Shown: positions 15,395-23,275 of the stretch, piece after piece | Layout: every line of letters begins with the position of its first letter | How positions within the stretch are numbered: position 1 is the first letter of the stretch | Source: a virus | IMG/VR virus record: IMGVR_UViG_3300045988_070690 | Span: 1 to 37,095 of that record | Length of the DNA: 37,095 nt | Strand: one strand, 5' to 3' | Position numbers and translations under genes: made by a program | Notes under the pieces: model-generated | Seen by the model: only the letters and a program-made list of their open reading frames with translations | Databases searched by the model: none | Told to the model about the DNA's origin: nothing

Positions 15395-16062
15395 GATTTC
15401 ACCTCACCTCCCCATTGCTCTGCCATCGCTTTTGCAATCCCCGGAAAAGTTTTGCTCCTGCTTTTTGCTCTGTCTTTTGTAAAAATCCCTTTATGCTTGG
15501 CATCGTGCTTATGGCTGTAGCTGCCAGACGGGCACCATGTCCCCACAGGATCCACGATGTCCGTCGGCTGTAACGGCGGCAGATTTTTAAGCCACAGACA
15601 CGTCCGCTTGCTATATGGGTGCCCGTACTCATACGGCTGTATCGTCTGCGTGTACTTAGGCAACTCATATATGCGGCTTGGGACGGGATTTTCGACACAG
15701 ATTCTTGGGCAATCCGCACCCAAAAAACGCATGAAAAATGCCTTGCCTTCCAAGCCTTTTTCGTACCTCTCTTGATTGAGTACATGACCTTTCCAAAGGT
15801 GCCGTGCTCCGGCATTGCTGAGATATGTACACGGCGGATGTGCTATCAAAAGGTCCCATGTGCCGTCAATCCGATGTTCCACACCGTCCATGGTTGTGAC
15901 GATACAGCTACCGTCAATGTACGGCAGCACATCGCCTTGTATATGCCACTCTGGGTGTCCACCAGAGCACTCCTGAACGTCGCAGCTGTATGCTTCGTGT
16001 CCAATCTGTCTAAACGCTGTGCACACTCTCTGCGATTCCTCACATGCAATCAACACTTTCAT
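15391..16062 (-). CDS. Short DNA cytosine-C5 methyltransferase-like protein
   Basis: 223 aa. IAHPPCTYLS (PC catalytic motif) and ICVENPV (ENV-like motif). The N-terminus VLIACEESQRVCTAFRQIGHEAYSCD is typical of short phage proteins annotated as cytosine methyltransferases. No canonical FxGxG motif seen. Confidence 0.45.
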   Translation of the reverse strand: MKVLIACEESQRVCTAFRQIGHEAYSCDVQECSGGHPEWHIQGDVLPYIDGSCIVTTMDGVEHRIDGTWDLLIAHPPCTYLSNAGARHLWKGHVLNQERYEKGLEGKAFFMRFLGADCPRICVENPVPSRIYELPKYTQTIQPYEYGHPYSKRTCLWLKNLPPLQPTDIVDPVGTWCPSGSYSHKHDAKHKGIFTKDRAKSRSKTFPGIAKAMAEQWGGEVKS

Positions 16063-16104
16063 TTTTTATTTCACCTTTTCGCCCGCCGTCCCACCGCAAA
16101 AAAT

Positions 16105-16791
16105 TCACTCGTTGTAGATAAAGCTTGCATACGCTTCCGCGTTCTCGCTCTGCCTGTCGCTCTCTCGCTTCTGCTTGTCTTTGACTTCCCATGCTCGGAA
16201 AACCGCTTTCCAGTTCTGGACTGGTTTCCCTCCGGATTGCCATCCTTGCTCCTGCATAGTCCGATAAAAAGCAGATGCATCACACCCTGCACCGATCTCT
16301 GCAGCGTATGCTTTGACTTCCTCCTCCGTCGCTGCAGCAGTGCAAGAAAGAGAGGAGGAAGAAGGAGGAGAAAAAGATTCTTTATCTTCTTTATCTTCTT
16401 TTACTTTCTTATACTGCTGCCCTTTGCCTGCCCTTACCCTGCCATTACCCTGCCCTTTGCCTGCCGTTTTGCCTGCCCCTGACTGGAATGTATCATAATT
16501 ATTTATCGCAAATACGGTGTATTTCGGGTATTTTGTGCGTGCCACTTCCCCTGTCGCTTCAAGGTGGCTTATCGCAGTCCGCAGTTGCTTAACTGACAGC
16601 CCTGTTTCTTTTGCCAAAACGGGGTAGCTGCTCACTCTGCTGCCACGTTTTACCGTGATGCCGTGCCACTTGCTGTCCTCGATGGATACTGTCAGCAGCA
16701 GATGTAAAAACACAACTTTGGTGTTGACATCGTCGTACCACTCCCATTTCAACAGGCTGCGGTATATCTTGACATACCCATTTTCCAGCAT
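16105..16791 (-). CDS. Replisome organizer / DnaD-like replication initiation protein
   Basis: 228 aa. N-terminal winged-helix-like region YVKIYRSLLKWEWYDDVNTKVVFLHLLL..LAKETGLSVKQLRTAISHLEATGEV. C-terminal conserved phage domain (VKAYAAEIG..FYRTMQEQGWQSGGKPVQNWKAVFRAW). Confidence 0.7.
   Translation of the reverse strand: MLENGYVKIYRSLLKWEWYDDVNTKVVFLHLLLTVSIEDSKWHGITVKRGSRVSSYPVLAKETGLSVKQLRTAISHLEATGEVARTKYPKYTVFAINNYDTFQSGAGKTAGKGQGNGRVRAGKGQQYKKVKEDKEDKESFSPPSSSSLSCTAAATEEEVKAYAAEIGAGCDASAFYRTMQEQGWQSGGKPVQNWKAVFRAWEVKDKQKRESDRQSENAEAYASFIYNE
16422..16477. repeat. Five tandem 11-12-bp iteron-like repeats ending in CTGCC, next to an AT-rich stretch (16371-16414): candidate replication origin
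   Basis: CTTTGCCTGCC / CTTACCCTGCC / ATTACCCTGCC / CTTTGCCTGCC / GTTTTGCCTGCC, read directly. They lie in the low-complexity linker of the organizer gene. Confidence 0.45.
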
Positions 16792-16807
16792 GCCACATCA
16801 CCCTGCC

Positions 16808-17341
16808 TTAAAACGGCACGTCGCCGTCGCTGATAATGTCCTCGAACTCGCTAAGATCACCCAGCTGCTGCATTTGCTGCGGCTGCTGTACGTCTTGCTG
16901 GTATGAGTGCTGCACAGGAGCGTTCTGCGGCTGCTGTGGGCTCGTCTGCTGCTGTGGGGTGTAGTTTTGAGGCTGATTCTGCTGCGGCTGATACGGGGCG
17001 TTCTGTGCAGTCTGAGAGCTGTCCTTGTTGCCGACAAATCCGACATAGTCCGCAAGCACGTTCATGCTGTAGTGCTTCACACCGTTTTGGTCTGTGTAGT
17101 CATTGTTCCGCAGCTCGCCGGATACCTCAATCCAGCTGCCCTTGTGGAAATAGCGGCTGACAAACTCCGCCGTGTTCCGCCAGCAGCTGACGTTGATGAA
17201 ATCTGCTTCCCGTTCGCCGGTCTGCTTGTTGGCAAAGCGACGATTGACTGCCACGCGGAACCGGCAGGCGGCAACGCCGCTTTGTGTCTGCCGAAATTCT
17301 GGGTCAGCACAAAGCCGACCGGTAATGTGAATGCTGTTCAT
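16808..17341 (-). CDS. ssb: Single-stranded DNA-binding protein
   Basis: 177 aa. OB-fold N-terminus (ITGRLCADPEFRQTQSGVAACRFRVAVNRRF), Gln/Pro-rich linker and acidic tip ending DGDVPF. Confidence 0.9.
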   Translation of the reverse strand: MNSIHITGRLCADPEFRQTQSGVAACRFRVAVNRRFANKQTGEREADFINVSCWRNTAEFVSRYFHKGSWIEVSGELRNNDYTDQNGVKHYSMNVLADYVGFVGNKDSSQTAQNAPYQPQQNQPQNYTPQQQTSPQQPQNAPVQHSYQQDVQQPQQMQQLGDLSEFEDIISDGDVPF

Positions 17342-18108
17342 TGGTTATACCTCCCAAGTTCCCGATAGTCTAAGATTTCTGTGATTTTTTTGGTTCTGCG
17401 GCAGTATGCACACACCCCGCATCTGTGAGGCGGAATTTGCCCTTCCCACACGGCTTGTATGTGCGGCGTGATTTCTTCCACAAACCGCAGCTTTTCGTCC
17501 AGAACTTCCGCTGGGATTCCCGCCAGTGCAATATCCGGCGGGTCCTCTTTGGTCGCTACCGCCAAAAAGTACGGCAGTGTGTTGCCTGTGTTCTGCCGGA
17601 CAATTTCCCGATATATCGCTGCTTGCATATCGTACCCAAACGCTTCCACAAACGGCAATTTGCACGCTGTATCATCGCTCCAGCGGTAATTCATATCACG
17701 CATGCATTTCAGGTCAACGATTGCTTTCCCCGCGTGGTAGCTGTCCATTTTGATTTTATACGGTGCACCGGCAATTTCTCCGGTCATGATGACTTGTTTT
17801 TCACCGGACATGTACCGCATAAACATCTCATCTTCCTGCACCCGATGAATGATTTTTTCTGCAGTCTGATAGTCAGCTTTTAGGCTGCCGTCTTTTTTAA
17901 AGATCTGCGGGTTCTCCGCCTGAAACTTGTCCAGTGTGCCTTCGAACCACGCGTCTACATAGCTACCTGTCAACATTGCCGTGGTTGGTGGCTCGCGGTC
18001 TGCATACATCGCCGCTGCTTCACAAGCCAGAAACGCTTTCAGCTGACTGTATGACAGATACGCTGCATCAGATTCGGCGCTGTAGTAGTTTTCTTCTGTC
18101 AGTTTCAA
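17338..18108 (-). CDS. PD-(D/E)XK recombination exonuclease (Cas4/DUF3799-like)
   Basis: 256 aa. Contains the IVDLKC motif and a C-terminal Cys cluster (HRCGVCAYCRRTKK). Paired with recT. Confidence 0.7.
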   Translation of the reverse strand: MKLTEENYYSAESDAAYLSYSQLKAFLACEAAAMYADREPPTTAMLTGSYVDAWFEGTLDKFQAENPQIFKKDGSLKADYQTAEKIIHRVQEDEMFMRYMSGEKQVIMTGEIAGAPYKIKMDSYHAGKAIVDLKCMRDMNYRWSDDTACKLPFVEAFGYDMQAAIYREIVRQNTGNTLPYFLAVATKEDPPDIALAGIPAEVLDEKLRFVEEITPHIQAVWEGQIPPHRCGVCAYCRRTKKITEILDYRELGRYNQ

Positions 18109-18698
18109 AGCACGTCCTCCACGGTTCTGGCTGCCGGTGCGGCATCATCTGCTTCTCCCTCGACACAGCAGCCCATGAGGACATCAGGACAGTGCACACG
18201 GGCAAAAAACGCCCCCGCACGGTAAGCAAGCATTTGCTCCGGCATGTTACGCCACTTTGGGTTGCTGATCCAGCCTTCTGCCTTTGCCATAGCGATTGTG
18301 ACTTCCGTACCCTGCAACGTACTGTTGCCGCTTTTGGCTTGGATATAGCAGCCGCGGCTGTCAGTTCCACGTGTGCCAGCGTACACCACTTGTACATCGC
18401 TGTACCGCTTCCGGATAAACGCCATGCACGCTTGTCCACTCCATGACGGCTTGCCCTTGACCACATACAGCTGCTGCATGACCATAAGTGGAGATACACC
18501 CATACGTGCTGCCATATCCACAGCAATCGCACAGTCATTTGGCTTGCCAGCATATGCAGCAGGTACTACACCGCTTCCGGCGTACACCTTGCCGATCTTG
18601 TATGCTTCTGCAAAGTCTGTCAGCTCGTTCCGGTGCTCCGCTGGTACAGTAAGTACACTCTGCTGTACTTCTGCCACTTCATTTTTGGTCGGTTCCAT
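18105..18698 (-). CDS. recT: RecT-family single-strand annealing protein
   Basis: 197 aa. AIAVDMAARMGVSPLMVMQQLYVVKGKPSWSGQACMAFI.. fits the RecT core. Adjacent to the exonuclease gene. Confidence 0.7.
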   Translation of the reverse strand: MEPTKNEVAEVQQSVLTVPAEHRNELTDFAEAYKIGKVYAGSGVVPAAYAGKPNDCAIAVDMAARMGVSPLMVMQQLYVVKGKPSWSGQACMAFIRKRYSDVQVVYAGTRGTDSRGCYIQAKSGNSTLQGTEVTIAMAKAEGWISNPKWRNMPEQMLAYRAGAFFARVHCPDVLMGCCVEGEADDAAPAARTVEDVL

Positions 18699-18831
18699 GT
18701 TCCTGCTCCTCCTTTTTTGTTTCCACGATCAGCAGTCCGGCGTGATCTGCACAGTGCAGATTTCCGTCCAGCCCTAAGTATAGCGGCACATTTGCGATGC
18801 CGCAGTTCACGCAGTGTTCCCTTTCGATCAT
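18679..18831 (-). CDS. Small zinc-ribbon-like protein (50 aa), hypothetical
   Basis: ATGA start/stop overlap with the upstream ORF. Sequence MIEREHCVNCGIANVPLYLGLDGNLHCADHAGLLIVETKKEEQEHGTDQK. Below the ORF-track size cutoff. Confidence 0.35.
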   Translation of the reverse strand: MIEREHCVNCGIANVPLYLGLDGNLHCADHAGLLIVETKKEEQEHGTDQK

Positions 18832-19070
18832 GTCAAAGATTCACCTCTTCTCCACACAAGCATCTCTTTCAGGCAGTCTTCGCACACCCACGATTCTTTC
18901 TCCCGATACGGTGCACGGCACAGCTCGTCAGCTTCTTCACCGCACGCATCGCACACCAGCACTTCCCGTTCCTCGTCGTGCGGGTGATACGGGCAGGCTT
19001 GCCCCATGCAGCCTGTTTCCGGCGGGCAGCCTACGCAGTCGTTGACGTGCTCGATCACGGTTTTAACCAA
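18828..19070 (-). CDS. Cys-rich small protein, hypothetical
   Basis: 80 aa with several CxxC-type pairs (CVGCPPETGC..CDACGEEADELC..CEDC). Confidence 0.5.
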   Translation of the reverse strand: MVKTVIEHVNDCVGCPPETGCMGQACPYHPHDEEREVLVCDACGEEADELCRAPYREKESWVCEDCLKEMLVWRRGESLT

Positions 19071-19413
19071 AATTCTTCACCTCTTTTTTTGCCAGATTAC
19101 GGATTTCTTGCAAGAGGCTTTTTACATCACAGGAGACATGCTCAAATGTTTCGATTCCTCCGAATTCGATTGGAATCAGCTCTTTGTTGTAATATTTTCC
19201 TCTGAAGTTTTTGTAAGATGCACGGAACACGAAGTACTCCGTCGCTCTGTCTCCGACGTATCCCCATCCATCCGGATAGATTTGCAGCTCAATTTCGGAA
19301 ACGTGCGGCGAAACGGTAACAAACACCTGCATTTTGGTTTCCTGTGATTCGTTGATAATCATCGCCAGACGCACGATTTCCTGCACAGAATCAACGATTT
19401 CTTTCTTATCCAC
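19063..19413 (-). CDS. Hypothetical protein
   Basis: The start is probably GTG 19413, after a GGAGG RBS and coupled to the upstream TAA. The track start at 19440 is possible but lacks an RBS. Confidence 0.5.
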   Translation of the reverse strand: MDKKEIVDSVQEIVRLAMIINESQETKMQVFVTVSPHVSEIELQIYPDGWGYVGDRATEYFVFRASYKNFRGKYYNKELIPIEFGGIETFEHVSCDVKSLLQEIRNLAKKEVKNFG

Positions 19414-19597
19414 GCTTGCACACCTCCTCTGCTTCGGCATCTTCTTTCGACTTTTGCTCTGCCGCTTTTTCCCACATGACCTCGTTCTCGTATCCGAAAA
19501 AAATGTCCCGCATCATCTGAAACCAATTTTCGTCGGACACAACATCATCTCTGCGAATGCTCAGTGCCTGCATCTTCTTCACTTCACTGTTTTTCAT
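19406..19597 (-). CDS. Hypothetical protein (63 aa)
   Basis: ATG at 19597 follows AAAGGAAAAG. Sequence MKNSEVKKMQALSIRRDDVVSDENWFQMMRDIFFGYENEVMWEK... The upstream part of the 178-aa track ORF overlaps the better ORF 19650..19985. Confidence 0.45.
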   Translation of the reverse strand: MKNSEVKKMQALSIRRDDVVSDENWFQMMRDIFFGYENEVMWEKAAEQKSKEDAEAEEVCKRG

Positions 19598-19598
19598 C

Positions 19599-19627
19599 TT
19601 GACTTTTCCTTTCTGCTGTGGTATAAT
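19599..19627 (+). promoter_or_regulatory. Plus-strand (antisense) promoter, TTGACT-17-TGgTATAAT
   Basis: -35 at 19599-19604, 17-nt spacer, extended -10 TGGTATAAT ending at 19627. It lies in the gap between two minus-strand genes. Confidence 0.55.
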
Positions 19628-19649
19628 ATACCTGTTGATTTTTTTGTTT

Positions 19650-19985
19650 TTATGCTTTGTTTCCGTGCTGGTTGCCGCCAGTGCGGAATTTTTTTGCCAT
19701 GTACATGCCGTAAGACAAGCCGGCAGCATCAGCACTTCTGATGCTATCCGCAAGCCGTTCTGCTGCTTCTTTGGCATCACTCTGGCATGCTTGCTTCTTT
19801 TTCTTTGCGTCTTTTGCCTCGCTGCTATACCACCGGCTTCGGTACTTTGCTTCCAGCTCTCTGTGCCTTTTCCGTGCATAGGCTTTCTGACACGCAGCAC
19901 ACCGCACTTGGGCACTGCTGTTTTTGATATATACAGTGCCACAGTCTTGGCATATCGCTTCTTTTGGTCGGTTTCGCATAGTCAC
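19650..19985 (-). CDS. Zinc-ribbon small protein, hypothetical
   Basis: 111 aa after a GAGGAGG RBS. CQDCGTVYIKNSSAQVRCAACQ, with a basic middle section. Confidence 0.55.
   Translation of the reverse strand: MTMRNRPKEAICQDCGTVYIKNSSAQVRCAACQKAYARKRHRELEAKYRSRWYSSEAKDAKKKKQACQSDAKEAAERLADSIRSADAAGLSYGMYMAKKFRTGGNQHGNKA
19664..19695 (+). terminator. Plus-strand rho-independent terminator about 60 nt downstream of the antisense promoter
   Basis: CGUGCUGG (19664-19671) pairs with CCAGUGCG (19678-19685). The 8 bp include two G.U pairs that exist only in the plus-strand RNA. It is followed by GAAUUUUUUU. Confidence 0.5.
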
Positions 19986-19994
19986 ACCTCCTCA

Positions 19995-20270
19995 TCAAAA
20001 AGGCACAGCTGCTGCGGCAGCGACTGGATTTGCGAAAAGTCCCTGATGTTCATAGCAACCTCCCCCTTTCACTGTGTTTTCGTCACACTTCGCCTTGACG
20101 GCATTCATCGCCACTCTGGCACGTAAGTCCTTGATCGGCTCGAGTACCTCTGGGATACCGCCGCCGTCGTAGAGATGCTCCAGCATTGGCAAGTCCGCCC
20201 TACTCATGGGCAGAGACAGCAGGTACTTTATCACGCCGTTGTACTCCTCAGCGTTCATCGTAAGCGTCAT
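19995..20270 (-). CDS. Hypothetical protein
   Basis: 91 aa after a GAGGAGG RBS. Translationally coupled to the upstream ORF. Confidence 0.5.
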   Translation of the reverse strand: MTLTMNAEEYNGVIKYLLSLPMSRADLPMLEHLYDGGGIPEVLEPIKDLRARVAMNAVKAKCDENTVKGGGCYEHQGLFANPVAAAAAVPF

Positions 20271-20518
20271 CAGCTTTCCTCCTCGTCCAGTGGTTCGTCT
20301 GCCATTGCCGAAGCCATGACGGCGATATTGCGTAGCACTTTCCGTTTTCCAACGCTTCCGGTTCTTGCGACGGTTTCCGCAACGCAGTTCGCAACTGCAA
20401 GGCAGCCAACGAGCAACTCTCCGGTGGTTGGCTTTTCAGCATCGACATGTACATGCAGCTGATCTGCTTCCCCGTCAATATCGACGTGGAACTCAATGTG
20501 CTTTTTCGTTTTTTCCAT
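20270..20518 (-). CDS. Hypothetical protein
   Basis: 82-aa ORF in the co-oriented early operon. Confidence 0.45.
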   Translation of the reverse strand: MEKTKKHIEFHVDIDGEADQLHVHVDAEKPTTGELLVGCLAVANCVAETVARTGSVGKRKVLRNIAVMASAMADEPLDEEES

Positions 20519-20648
20519 TTGGCTTGTCCTTTCTGCCGCTTTCGCGGCGGGTGTCGTTGAATTCTCTGCACGGATACAGCCTGCTCCGTTCTGGGCAGAC
20601 GCTGTACCAGTAGCAGCTTTTACATGTGATCTCGCTCGTTTCCTTCAT
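20493..20648 (-). CDS. Small Cys-rich protein (51 aa), hypothetical
   Basis: Sequence MKETSEITCKSCYWYSVCPERSRLYPCREFNDTRRESGRKDKPNGKNEKAH. It bridges the gap between two track ORFs and is below the track cutoff. Confidence 0.3.
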   Translation of the reverse strand: MKETSEITCKSCYWYSVCPERSRLYPCREFNDTRRESGRKDKPNGKNEKAH

Positions 20649-20877
20649 TCCGCTTCCTGTGCAGCTCACCAACCAAGGAATTTAACGCAATATCTGCAAT
20701 TTTGTGCATAATTGCGTCAATTTTTTCCGCGTCCTTTTCGCGGTCCAAGCAGTAGTTGTCTGCAATCGCAATTTTGGTGTTCCCCACCATGAATCGCTCC
20801 ACGATGTGCGGTGTTTCTTCCCTGCGGCTTTCTGCCATAATTTTCAGACCCTTTCTGCTAAACTCTGTACAAGTCAC
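20620..20877 (-). CDS. Hypothetical protein
   Basis: 85 aa. Either a GTGA overlap with the antirepressor stop, or an alternative ATG at 20838. Confidence 0.45.
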   Translation of the reverse strand: MTCTEFSRKGLKIMAESRREETPHIVERFMVGNTKIAIADNYCLDREKDAEKIDAIMHKIADIALNSLVGELHRKRNEGNERDHM

Positions 20878-21641
20878 CGTGCGTTCATGAACTTGTTGAT
20901 AAAGTAAACTTGTCCCTTGCCCGTCACCTTCGGCGTTTTGTTGGTGGTGATATGCCCGTCAGAGTGCGTGATGATAGTCTGCTTCACTTCAAACAGCCCC
21001 ATTTCCGCAGATTTCTGCGTCGGCATGTTGTAGTCGCTGCCCTCTCGCTTTATCAGGTATCCGTTTTCACGGAGCCAAGCAAAAAGTCTGAACTGCCCTG
21101 TGTCCACGCCGTTCTGCTTCAGAATCTTTGCAAGTTCACCCACCAAGATGCTGGATTTCGACGCGGAAACGCTGTCTGCGAACAGTACTTTCGGCTTGTC
21201 CTGCTCCACTTTGGCTTCAAGCTGCTTTCGCTGCTCTTTTTCTTCTTTCAGCTGCGTCGCAAGCTGGATCAGAAAATCCGGTGAAGTCAAAGCCTGCTCC
21301 AGCGTCTGATCTGTCATGTACGCACCGTGCTTGCGTATAGACGGCAGGACCACGCTGGTAACCCACCGCTTGAACTTCTTCGCGTTCGGCAGTTTGCTGG
21401 AAAGAACAAGACTGTAGAGACCGGATTCGTTTAAAATTGTCAAATCCTGTGCGCCACCAAGGGTGTAACATTTCGTTACCCCCTTATCCTCAGCGTCAAC
21501 ATGGTCTGCTATCGCTTTGCTTGCGTTTGCATATCCCAGAACCTTTGCTACATCCTTTGCAACGAACCACGGCTCGCTGTCTTTCTCAACGGTGCGGATT
21601 TCGTGATACTCATAGTTCCAGACTAGTAAATTATTGTTCAT
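20874..21641 (-). CDS. Antirepressor (Bro-N domain plus KilAC/ANT C-terminal domain)
   Basis: 255 aa. Bro-N region (IRTVEKDSEPWFVAKDVAKVLGY..AIADHVDAEDKG) and C-terminal region (LVGELAKILKQNGVDTGQFRLFAWLRENGYLIKR). Confidence 0.8.
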   Translation of the reverse strand: MNNNLLVWNYEYHEIRTVEKDSEPWFVAKDVAKVLGYANASKAIADHVDAEDKGVTKCYTLGGAQDLTILNESGLYSLVLSSKLPNAKKFKRWVTSVVLPSIRKHGAYMTDQTLEQALTSPDFLIQLATQLKEEKEQRKQLEAKVEQDKPKVLFADSVSASKSSILVGELAKILKQNGVDTGQFRLFAWLRENGYLIKREGSDYNMPTQKSAEMGLFEVKQTIITHSDGHITTNKTPKVTGKGQVYFINKFMNAR

Positions 21642-21657
21642 GTTTCATCTTCCTTTC

Positions 21658-21858
21658 TTACGCCGGCATAAGCGGCAGAACTTTTTCGGCAGCTGCGGCG
21701 ATAGACGCTTGATAGAGCACGTGTCGTGCTTTTTCCTCACTTAGTCCGCCGATCAACTCGAAAAGTGTGACGACCTGCCCGATGTCAGCGTTGTACTTAC
21801 GACACGCTTCCATAAGTGTCATCGTGTCATCAAAAGTGGTTTTTACAGGCTCTCCCAT
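21658..21858 (-). CDS. Hypothetical protein; first conventional early gene after the non-coding block
   Basis: ATG at 21858 follows a GAGGTGA RBS. The track uses GTG at 21867. Confidence 0.45.
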   Translation of the reverse strand: MGEPVKTTFDDTMTLMEACRKYNADIGQVVTLFELIGGLSEEKARHVLYQASIAAAAEKVLPLMPA

Positions 21859-21867
21859 AGCTTTCAC

Positions 21868-22417
21868 CTCGCTTTCTTTTTAGATTTGTGGTAGGCACTG
21901 ATCTGCTCAATGCCCAGAAGCACCGGCACACGCATATCTCATGCGGGACGGTATGCACTGTGTGCTTTTACAGGCTTTCAGCCGCCTGTGGTCGCTGCTG
22001 TACTAGGTCTGCGTAACGTTATCACAGCCTTGCCCACAGCTGGGCTGGTGGAGCGTTCGGGGGTTGCACCTAAAGCTGTGGATTGTCAGCCCACAGCATG
22101 ACTGCATCGCTCCCCTTGCGGCGGCATCGTACTAGCCGCCGCGTGGAGAAAAATAAAAATGGAGGTATTACGCCATCATGGCGTTTTGAAGATGTTGGTG
22201 CGGCGTGCCGGAGTTGCACCGGAGCCGGTGGAAAGGTTGACCGGCTATCTGTTCGCCACATCTGACCGCGGTGTTGGCAGCACCACGGTCAGTTGCAATT
22301 GAAAGGAGTACACCGAGCAGTTTAACGTCTTACTCTGGACGGCTTTTTTGTTGTCCGCCAGTCGCGGACGTGTGGAAGCGGTCAGTTTAGAGCCGTACCG
22401 CCGGACGGCTTGAAAAA
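21868..22417 (-). ncRNA. Candidate structured non-coding RNA, distal block (about 550 nt)
   Basis: No RBS-led ORF. GC-rich with many perfect stems (22118-22125/22135-22142; 22262-22292; 22391-22410). One G.U pair forms only in the minus-strand sense. Confidence 0.4.
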
Positions 22418-22418
22418 T
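22372..22418. repeat. 47-bp direct repeat, left copy (44/47 identical to 23325-23371), containing hairpin AGCCGT-N8-ACGGCT
   Basis: Aligned by eye: GTGGAAGCGGTCAGTTTAGAGCCGTACCGCCGGACGGCTTGAAAAAT versus GTGGAAACGGTCAGTTTAGAGCCGTACCGCCGGACGGCTGGAAAAGT. Confidence 0.9.
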
Positions 22419-22894
22419 CAATACACCATTCCATTTTCGCGAATATGCATAAAGCCGCGAATTAGCCATGTCGGAACTTGTGAGTATCCAACGAAACCGC
22501 TTTTTTCATTGTAAACCGCTTGCTGTATATCATATGCTACACACCTACCAGCCCTATTCTCAATCAAAATATAGCATTTTTCGCCATTTTCCGGTTTCGT
22601 TTTATCGGTGTAGTTACCATGCCACTTTCTGAGATCCATAATATTTTTCTCATAATAGGCTCTAATTGATTTGTTAAAAAGAACTTCATATGCTGTAACG
22701 ATTTCCCCGCTGTTGCGTTTATCCTGTCCAATCGGATATGCAACCATAACAACATTTTCGCCGTTCTTATCACATTCATATAACACATTACATACTTCAC
22801 AACTGCCATTATTAAATTTGCACAATACTGGCGGATAATGCAAGGCAACTTTCATAATATCGTCAATGCTCATGCCATTTGTTTTTTTTAACAT
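22418..22894 (-). CDS. Orphan protein (158 aa) of the AT-rich cassette
   Basis: ATG follows a GGAGGAAAAAAGAA RBS. Sequence starts MLKKTNGMSIDDIMKVALHYPPVLCKFNNGSCEVCNVLYECDK... No family recognised. Confidence 0.6.
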   Translation of the reverse strand: MLKKTNGMSIDDIMKVALHYPPVLCKFNNGSCEVCNVLYECDKNGENVVMVAYPIGQDKRNSGEIVTAYEVLFNKSIRAYYEKNIMDLRKWHGNYTDKTKPENGEKCYILIENRAGRCVAYDIQQAVYNEKSGFVGYSQVPTWLIRGFMHIRENGMVY

Positions 22895-23035
22895 TTCTTT
22901 TTTCCTCCAAAAAAAATAAGATTTTTTCGCCTTGTGGTGTGGTGTATTATACTTGCCACTTTGTGCAGTTATGGAATACTACTTTTTTTCGTGAAGTAGT
23001 TCAGAAACACGTCTTTTCTTTTAGCCTTTTAGCTT

Positions 23036-23275
23036 CTACTTTTTTACATAGTCCTTAAAATGCTTCATAGGCTTATCGACTTCATAACCCCAGCGTTTTA
23101 TAATATTTTCGTTGCCTTCCTCCATAAAAACATTGACTTCAAAAAAGATTGTTTCTGTGTTTTCTGGAAGTGTTTCTCTAATTTCCTTGCACTTTTGCAA
23201 AGAAGCAGAGATGAACAAAACCGTCTCACGTAATACGTTTTTTGAAATATCGATTGCAGAAACAGAATACAGCAT
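23036..23275 (-). CDS. Orphan protein (79 aa) of the AT-rich cassette
   Basis: ATG follows a GGAGGTATAAAGTC RBS. Sequence starts MLYSVSAIDISKNVLRETVLFISASLQKCKEIRETL... No family recognised. Confidence 0.55.
   Translation of the reverse strand: MLYSVSAIDISKNVLRETVLFISASLQKCKEIRETLPENTETIFFEVNVFMEEGNENIIKRWGYEVDKPMKHFKDYVKK

Noticed and set aside
19406-19942. 178-aa track ORF
   Set aside because: Its upstream two-thirds overlap the better-supported ORF 19650..19985, which has a GAGGAGG RBS and a zinc-ribbon. Only the last 63 codons (from ATG 19597, with an RBS) are kept.
21910-22469. Short track ORFs in the non-coding block (21910-22101, 22070-22261, 22083-22265, 22245-22469) and 23303-23650
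   Set aside because: They are in mixed frames and strands, have no ribosome binding sites, and give Arg/Pro/Ala-rich products typical of GC-rich non-coding sequence. The region is better explained by RNA structure.
23073-23101. Plus-strand promoter-like TCGACT-17-TATAAT inside the 79-aa cassette ORF
   Set aside because: It lies in very AT-rich coding sequence where -10-like hexamers arise by chance. The -35 is imperfect, and no terminator or ORF follows.
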